Source: Vulcanisaeta distributa DSM 14429 (GTDB lineage Archaea > Thermoproteota > Thermoprotei > Thermoproteales > Thermocladiaceae). From it: a stretch of DNA of 32,000 bases. Every line of letters starts with the position of its first letter. Position 1 is the first letter of the stretch. Shown piece after piece: positions 27,306-32,000 of the stretch. The position numbers and the translations under genes are program-made. Under the pieces are notes generated by a model, which saw only the letters and a list, made by a program, of their open reading frames with translations, was not told the DNA's origin and searched no databases. Location of the stretch: assembly GCF_000148385.1 (NCBI RefSeq), contig NC_014537.1:660001-692000 (forward strand), read 5' to 3'.

Positions 27306-28182
27306 CTTTAACCTTATTAGTGAATTTATTCCTATGATCGCGGGCTACTAAATACCACTTGATATTAACATCATTCACATTAAGATTCACGCCATATATA
27401 TGTACATAGTTTTCCCTGGGCCATGTCAGTATCCACATCACAGACTGCCAAAGCTGGTTCGTGCCCATCGTCGGATAATCGTGCGTAATTGAGGCATCGG
27501 TCATTAGCCAGCCGTACTGCATTGGCCTCAATGTATCGTCACTGAACAACTTGGAAGTTATGATGTTAGTACCCCTAGAGCCAACCAATGATATGTTTAT
27601 TGTTACGCCACTTCCTCTGATTTTAGTTATTGCGATTGAAAGATGGTCCGTGTATAGGTGCGCTATAAAACTCCTTTTGATATTGAATGGTTCGCCATTA
27701 ATGATCACTTTAACTTCTCTCTTCCTTAGCCCCTCGATTAATTTCTCGAGCTCTTTTCGGTATATTGTCAGCCACTTCTCCCTGGCTTGTTTTGCTAACG
27801 TGAGCATTTTCTCGCCAATGTTTATCATTGCCCTCCTCATCCTCATGATGTTTTCATCGTTGGTCTCCTTAACCTTCGTTTCCATCAGCGTCAGCCAGTT
27901 GCTTAGTTCGTTGATTGCCTTGTCGAATGGTGTGTTCGACTCACTCAACAATACATCCTTGCGTCTCTCGACTCTTTTCAGAAATTCGTTGATTAGCCTA
28001 TTGACCTCCTCGATTGTTTTTGGATCGTTGACTGGTTCGCCACACCTTAATCGCTTACCGCCCTCGACCTTGACGCCCCAGCAAATCCTTAAGCCGTTAA
28101 GAGCCATGGAGACATCCATAAGGTTATTCATCAACCGAACTAATAAGCCACTACCAACCCAGTGCTGAAATGGAATAAGCAC
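27235..28182 (-). CDS. N-terminal part of the orphan gene (K/E-rich helical region, then a W/Y-rich region); no family recognised
   Basis: 315-aa ORF with a GTG start; ATG alternatives lie at 28131 and downstream. It overlaps the next ORF by 71 nt, and a T6 run on the coding strand (27256-27261) lies inside that overlap. Confidence 0.5.
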   Translation of the reverse strand: MLIPFQHWVGSGLLVRLMNNLMDVSMALNGLRICWGVKVEGGKRLRCGEPVNDPKTIEEVNRLINEFLKRVERRKDVLLSESNTPFDKAINELSNWLTLMETKVKETNDENIMRMRRAMINIGEKMLTLAKQAREKWLTIYRKELEKLIEGLRKREVKVIINGEPFNIKRSFIAHLYTDHLSIAITKIRGSGVTINISLVGSRGTNIITSKLFSDDTLRPMQYGWLMTDASITHDYPTMGTNQLWQSVMWILTWPRENYVHIYGVNLNVNDVNIKWYLVARDHRNKFTNKVKVAEEASKLDDEKFPIFFTICRIR

Positions 28183-28211
28183 TTAATTGAAAGCCCTAGT
28201 CAGGTACGGGA

Positions 28212-28231
28212 GTAGGGCGTACAAGCCCTAC
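28212..28231. other. 7-bp stem / 6-nt loop hairpin (GTAGGGC gtacaa GCCCTAC)
   Basis: Perfect inverted repeat read directly, 30 nt upstream (in gene orientation) of the orphan ORF start. Confidence 0.6.
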
Positions 28232-28234
28232 ACT

Positions 28235-28348
28235 AACCTCACCTACCACACCCTCGACAACCCACCAACACCAGGAAAACGCTAAGAAAAATACACAACA
28301 CATACACACAAACAACGAAACAAACACAGAACAAAATTTCCCAAGCCC
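28235..28348. other. 114-nt strand-asymmetric A+C-rich tract (G+T-rich on the orphan gene strand)
   Basis: My count is 9 T and 8 G in 114 nt, about 85% A+C, with CA/ACA-type low complexity (ACACAACACATACACACAAACAACGAAACAAACACAGAACAAAA). Confidence 0.85.
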
Positions 28349-28472
28349 AGGTAGAGAGGGATTATGAAGCACTTAAGATTATGTTGAGTACCGAGTATAT
28401 CATCCGAGCGCAGACTCCCCTGCTGTGACGATAGGCTGAGGGGTTATGCTTGATTAAGTGGTTATGTTAATC

Positions 28473-28493
28473 ATCAGGGAAAGGCTTTTTACC
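28473..28493 (+). repeat. right copy of the 21-nt perfect direct repeat (core of a longer diverged repeat ~28390-28537)
   Basis: Exact match to 26458-26478. Confidence 0.9.
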
Positions 28494-28514
28494 TTGTGAG
28501 CGCATTGCTGGTAG

Positions 28515-28575
28515 GTGACGATTTTTTAGAGCCCGCTGATTGGATTTATTTCAATGATGAGTGGCTGAGCGCTGA
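28515..28575 (+). ncRNA. weaker candidate C/D box sRNA
   Basis: C-like GTGACGA (28515-21), 14-nt spacer containing TTTAGAGCCC, D' CTGA (28536-39), 14-nt loop, C' ATGATGA (28554-60), 11-nt spacer, D CTGA (28572-75). The boxes are present but the spacings are off-canonical. Confidence 0.25.
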
Positions 28576-28644
28576 TTGAATATTAAAAGATGAAGTTGAA
28601 GTTTAAGGAATTTTATGTGGAGATTTAGGCGTGGATAATGGAAA

Positions 28645-28956
28645 TTAGTCCACAAGTTCTATCTCTATTTTTATGTTCTCGGGAACCCTTAACCTCATTA
28701 ACTGCCTAATGGCCCTCTCGTCAGCGTCCATGTCTATTAATCGCTTATAGATCCTCATCTCCCAGTGGTCGTACGTGTGGTATCCCTGCCCACTTGGCGC
28801 CCTTCTAACCGTTACCAGCAATCTCTTCCTGGGCAGTGGTATTGGGCCTGAGACCTTAACGCCAAGTTTCTTAGCTATGCCTACTATCTCATTGGCTAAG
28901 TCATCAACCTGCTTACTGTCTGTTCCCCAAATGCGTATTCGCGCCTTTCTCGGCAT
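28645..28956 (-). CDS. rps10: 30S ribosomal protein S10 (uS10)
   Basis: 103 aa: ARIRIWGTDSKQVDDLANEIVGIAKKLGVKVSGPIPLPRKRLLVTVRRAPSGQG..HWEMRIYKRLIDM. It lies immediately downstream of EF-1alpha, the conserved archaeal arrangement. Confidence 0.9.
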   Translation of the reverse strand: MPRKARIRIWGTDSKQVDDLANEIVGIAKKLGVKVSGPIPLPRKRLLVTVRRAPSGQGYHTYDHWEMRIYKRLIDMDADERAIRQLMRLRVPENIKIEIELVD

Positions 28957-28962
28957 TAATCA

Positions 28963-30297
28963 TCACGCCTTAATTTCAACCTTCTTCGGCTTAATCTCGA
29001 TTATCTGCCCAGCGGCTATTGTCCTACCCATGTCCCTGAGGGCGAACCTACCAAGCCCTGGGAAGTCACTGTACTTCTCAACAACCACGTCCTTAAGCGG
29101 CTTAAGCCTAACAACCGCCACGTCACCCTGCTTAATGAACTGAGGCTTCTGCTCCACGGTCTGGCCCGTCCTTGGGTCCAGCTTGGCTATTAGCTCAACG
29201 ATCTGTGCTGGCACAGTCGCCGTGTGTATGTGGAGTACTGGTGTGTAGCCTGGGCCTATTGCCGTTGGGTGCCATAGAACGGCGATTCTAGCCACAATCT
29301 CCTCAGCAACCGTCGGTGGGTTGGCTAGGTGGCCCATCACGTCACCTCTCTTAACGTCCTCCTTCTCAATACCCCTAACGTTAATGCCAATGTTATCGCC
29401 GGGCTGCGCCTGCTCCAACTTCATGTGGTGCGTCTCTATGCTCCTGACATCACCGACCTTGGCAGGCGGCATTACGACAACCCTATCACCAACCTTAAGC
29501 ACTCCAGTCTCGACCCTACCGACAACCACCGTACCTGCACCTGTTATTGTGTAGACGTCCTGTATTGGTAGCCTGAATGGCTTGTCAACAGGCCTTGGCG
29601 GCGGCTGTAACGCATCAAGTGCCTCTAATAAGGTTGGCCCATTGTACCACGGCATGTTGCTGCTCTTCTCCTTAATATTGTCGCCCTTCAGGGCACTAAC
29701 CGGTATGAAGGGTACCTTCGATGGATCATAGCCGAGTAGCTTCATGAACTTGCTGACCTCAGCCTTGATCTGCTCATACCTCTTCTGGTCGTAGTTGACG
29801 ACATCCATCTTATTAACAGCCACTATTATCTGTCTAATACCCAACGTGGCAGCTAGGAATAGGTGCTCCCTAGTTTGACCCTGTGGTCCAATGCCCGTCT
29901 CGAACTCGCCAGGCCTTGCGGAGACAACGAGTAATGCGGCATCCGCTTGGCTTGCACCTACTATCATGTTCTTGACGAAGTCCCTGTGGCCCGGTAGGTC
30001 TATGATTGTTATGAAGTACTTGGGCGTCTCGAAGCCTACGTGCATCGCCTCAATCGTGACACCCCTCTCCCTCTCCTCCTTCAGCCTGTCAGTTACCCAG
30101 GCATATACGAAGTCCTCCTTACCCATCTTCTTAGCCTGCTCCTCAAGCTCCTTGAAGCCCTTCTCGTCAACATAGCCAGTAACCACCAGTAGGTGGCCCA
30201 CCAGTGTTGATTTGCCGTGGTCAACATGCCCTATAACCGCTAGGTTAAGGTGTGGCTTTTGTAAAGCCGTCTCCTTAGGCTTAAGTATCAGGCTCAT
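28963..30297 (-). CDS. tuf: translation elongation factor 1-alpha (aEF-1alpha / EF-Tu family)
   Basis: G motifs are GHVDHGKST, DLPGHRDF and NKMD. I place the start at the ATG at 30297 (MSLILKPKETALQKPHLNLAVIGHVDHGKST, 444 aa). The track start at 30366 adds 23 residues that run through the AT-rich promoter. Confidence 0.9.
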   Translation of the reverse strand: MSLILKPKETALQKPHLNLAVIGHVDHGKSTLVGHLLVVTGYVDEKGFKELEEQAKKMGKEDFVYAWVTDRLKEERERGVTIEAMHVGFETPKYFITIIDLPGHRDFVKNMIVGASQADAALLVVSARPGEFETGIGPQGQTREHLFLAATLGIRQIIVAVNKMDVVNYDQKRYEQIKAEVSKFMKLLGYDPSKVPFIPVSALKGDNIKEKSSNMPWYNGPTLLEALDALQPPPRPVDKPFRLPIQDVYTITGAGTVVVGRVETGVLKVGDRVVVMPPAKVGDVRSIETHHMKLEQAQPGDNIGINVRGIEKEDVKRGDVMGHLANPPTVAEEIVARIAVLWHPTAIGPGYTPVLHIHTATVPAQIVELIAKLDPRTGQTVEQKPQFIKQGDVAVVRLKPLKDVVVEKYSDFPGLGRFALRDMGRTIAAGQIIEIKPKKVEIKA

Positions 30298-30318
30298 ACC
30301 TATCAAGACGGAGTTGTG

Positions 30319-30335
30319 AAAATAAAAATTAATAA
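30319..30335 (-). promoter_or_regulatory. candidate TATA box for tuf-rps10
   Basis: The minus strand reads CTTATTAATTTTTATTTT, ending ~21 nt upstream of the ATG at 30297. That spacing is consistent with a leaderless transcript. Confidence 0.4.
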
Positions 30336-30559
30336 GTTTTTGGGTTTCGATCACCGACATGAACAAGGTTAAACAACGACCTTAAGTAAGTATTGCCCAT
30401 AGTGACTTTAACTTCTCCTGAAAAGGAATAATGGTTGTGGTCGATCTAATGGTTCCTCTTGGTGTAGATTGAAGTCTATCCTTAACATTACTTAGGTGGG
30501 TGTAATGAGAAATAGGTCAATGCCTATCTCATTGAGGGTTTATTTAACCACGTAAGTCA

Positions 30560-31018
30560 TCACGAGAGCCTCTGCCTTAACTTCTCCACGCTGTCCTGAA
30601 CTATTTTCTGGGCCACTGGGTCTAGTACCCTGGCTCCCATTGAGCCTATTAGGCCGCCCACGTTGCCGTCGAAGTACCAATTAACCTTGGTCCTACCTGG
30701 GCTTGGCTCCTCAAGTCTGAAACCAATTTCGAAGTCCATGGTGCTCTGCATCCCCGTGCCCCTACCAACGACCTTGGCGCTCTCGGGTGGCTTTTTCTCG
30801 GTGAACTTAGCGGTTATGTTTATCGTACCCTTAATAGCCCCAACACCCATACTTGCCTTAACCCTGAAGTTATCTGGGTCAATCACATCCACAGACTCAA
30901 CACCGGGTATTACCGAGGCTATGTTCCTCGGGTCGATGAGGAAGTTATAAACCACATCCCTAGGCTTATCAACCTCAAAGGAACCATCATAGTGAACCCT
31001 CGCCATACGGTGGGTCAA
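30560..31018 (-). CDS. SRPBCC-fold protein, CoxG-like (carbon monoxide dehydrogenase subunit G family)
   Basis: 152 aa. FEVDKPRDVVYNFLIDPRNIASVIPGVESVDVIDPDNFRVKASMGVGAIKGTINITAKF follows the CoxG/SRPBCC pattern. Confidence 0.65.
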   Translation of the reverse strand: MTHRMARVHYDGSFEVDKPRDVVYNFLIDPRNIASVIPGVESVDVIDPDNFRVKASMGVGAIKGTINITAKFTEKKPPESAKVVGRGTGMQSTMDFEIGFRLEEPSPGRTKVNWYFDGNVGGLIGSMGARVLDPVAQKIVQDSVEKLRQRLS

Positions 31019-31052
31019 TGTTAAACTTATTTATAAGTAATTCCAACGGTAC

Positions 31053-32000
31053 TTAAATTAATAGGGCGATTATCGAGATTATGCAGGACACCAGTAATAG
31101 GGTGGGTATGGTGATAAGCCCCGTATCAATACCATATATTGATATTAATAGTGATATTAGGTACGTGGTTAAACCACCCAGTGAACTGGCCACGTGGTAA
31201 GAAACGCCAGCGCTAACGTGCTTAACATCACTTCTGAATAGTGATACTAGGTATAGCGATTGTGGTGTGTAGGTTATTGCGTCGGCTATGCCAAAGAGAA
31301 TAAAGAGGGGTAATGGCTCTATCCTAAACATGAAGGCATTCACCAGGGAGAAGAAAACGTAACCGAGTAGTAACGCCTTAATTGGGCTCATCCTAGTCAT
31401 GATTAATGACATTATTAACGTGAATATCAATAGGGAGATTGTGGCCGTGATTATTAGGCTTGAAACCTCACGCACGCTAAAGTATAGGAGTAGTACGGAT
31501 GTGTACACGTAAAAACTCAAACTCTCACCAAGCTTAACACCGATAGCCCTTACAATCCTCTTAACATCCTCAACGCGGAATGTCGGCCTCCAATTAATGG
31601 ATCCAGCGCCCTGCTGTGCAAGTGTTAGGATTACCGCGGCTGATGAGAGGCTTAATAACGATCCCATTAATAACGCCAACCGCCACTGAATAACCGCGAA
31701 GGTCGTTAATAACATACCCAGTGGAACACCGAGTTGCACGAGGCTCGTTAGAAACCTACCAACACTACCCCTCACGGATTCGTACGTAAGGACCGATGCT
31801 GATGCCCACTCACCACCGAGAGCCATTCCCTGGGCTACCCTTAGGACCAATAATTCGTATGCGGTATACCACGTGTTTTTAATAATCGATATTAGGAGAG
31901 TTGAAATACCCATGATCACGAGAGTCGAAACTAACGATGACTTACTAGAGAATTTATCGCCAACCAAGCCAAAGACATAAGCACCAATGGGCCTTGCAAT
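31053..32000 (-). CDS. major facilitator superfamily transporter (metabolite:H+ symporter-like); 5' end beyond the window
   Basis: Multiple TM segments. The frame stays open to the window edge (..IARPIGAYVFGLVGDKFSSKS.. and LRVAQGMALGGEWASASVLTYES match MFS/MHS loop motifs). The track start at 31967 is an internal TTG. Confidence 0.75.
   Translation of the reverse strand: MARPIGAYVFGLVGDKFSSKSSLVSTLVIMGISTLLISIIKNTWYTAYELLVLRVAQGMALGGEWASASVLTYESVRGSVGRFLTSLVQLGVPLGMLLTTFAVIQWRLALLMGSLLSLSSAAVILTLAQQGAGSINWRPTFRVEDVKRIVRAIGVKLGESLSFYVYTSVLLLYFSVREVSSLIITATISLLIFTLIMSLIMTRMSPIKALLLGYVFFSLVNAFMFRIEPLPLFILFGIADAITYTPQSLYLVSLFRSDVKHVSAGVSYHVASSLGGLTTYLISLLISIYGIDTGLITIPTLLLVSCIISIIALLI

Larger units (their letters stand above)
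26479..28472. mobile_element. candidate inserted element (single-gene cargo) bounded by the 21-nt direct-repeat cores
   Basis: About 2.0 kb lies between identical 21-nt cores, wedged between housekeeping cimA and rps10-tuf. It contains only an orphan frameshifted gene, a hairpin and an A+C-rich tract. No recombinase is recognisable, so mobility is inferred only from the repeat geometry. Confidence 0.35.

Noticed and set aside
27551-28168. 205-aa plus-strand ORF inside the accessory insertion, antisense to the orphan gene. The same applies to 26587-26790, 26902-27099 and 27121-27351.
   Set aside because: I considered these carefully because the region is accessory. The product is extremely S/L/I/F-rich, as expected for the antisense of a K/E/N-rich gene, and the minus-strand frame has the more protein-like composition and the LAGLIDADG-like motif.
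30298-30366. Extended N-terminus of EF-1alpha (MFMSVIETQKLINFYFHNSVLIG) given in the ORF track
   Set aside because: The extension runs through the AT-rich TATA-like region and has no counterpart in EF-1alpha. The ATG at 30297 gives the conserved K-P-H-L-N-L N-terminus spacing.
30504-30533. Bulged 11-bp hairpin (AATGAGA-aa-TAGG tcaatg CCTA-TCTCATT) 27 nt downstream of the CoxG-like gene
   Set aside because: It could be a transcript 3'-end structure, but archaeal termination mainly uses T-tracts and none follows. On its own it is not distinctive enough to report as a finding.
31965-31967. Track start codon of the MFS transporter
   Set aside because: It is an internal TTG. The frame continues open to the window edge and encodes the conserved loop (IARPIGAYVFGLVGDKF), so the gene is 5'-truncated by the window.
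1-32000. Scan by eye for CRISPR arrays, tRNA/rRNA genes, IS-type terminal inverted repeats and recognisable transposase or integrase motifs
   Set aside because: I saw no regularly spaced repeats, no tRNA-like T-arm or acceptor patterns in intergenic regions, and no DDE, tyrosine or serine recombinase motifs. A visual scan is not exhaustive, so tRNAscan- and Infernal-type searches would be needed to be certain.

Overview
This is an archaeal chromosomal window, most likely crenarchaeal and Thermoproteales-like. That placement is an inference from gene content, the EF-1alpha/uS10 pair and AT-rich intergenic regions with TATA-like boxes about 25-30 nt upstream of start codons. Most of it is core metabolism: a partial pheA, a two-gene archaeal glutamate-synthase-like pair, and a scattered branched-chain amino acid gene set (leuB, a short IPMS/HCS-family synthase, ilvB-ilvN-ilvC, leuC, leuD, a long CimA-like synthase). 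It also holds a 1226-aa tandem HdrA-MvhD fusion with a small HdrC-like ferredoxin, a four-subunit 2-oxoacid:ferredoxin oxidoreductase operon, tuf-rps10, a CoxG-like SRPBCC protein and a partial MFS transporter. Four things are not routine. (i) A ~2 kb single-gene insertion lies between cimA and rps10. It is bracketed by diverged direct repeats sharing a perfect 21-nt core and sits in what look like two C/D box sRNA genes. Its cargo is an orphan ~530-aa gene split by a T6-run frameshift, with a LAGLIDADG-like motif in the C-terminal half, plus a 114-nt tract of ~85% A+C. (ii) A citrate synthase gene is broken by three single-nucleotide deletions. (iii) A decayed DTGF-type aspartic protease gene carries a visible 7-bp tandem duplication. 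(iv) An orphan secreted glycoprotein gene sits between leuC and leuD. I saw no rRNA, tRNA, CRISPR array, or recognisable transposase or integrase. All homology calls rest on motifs read by eye, not on database searches.
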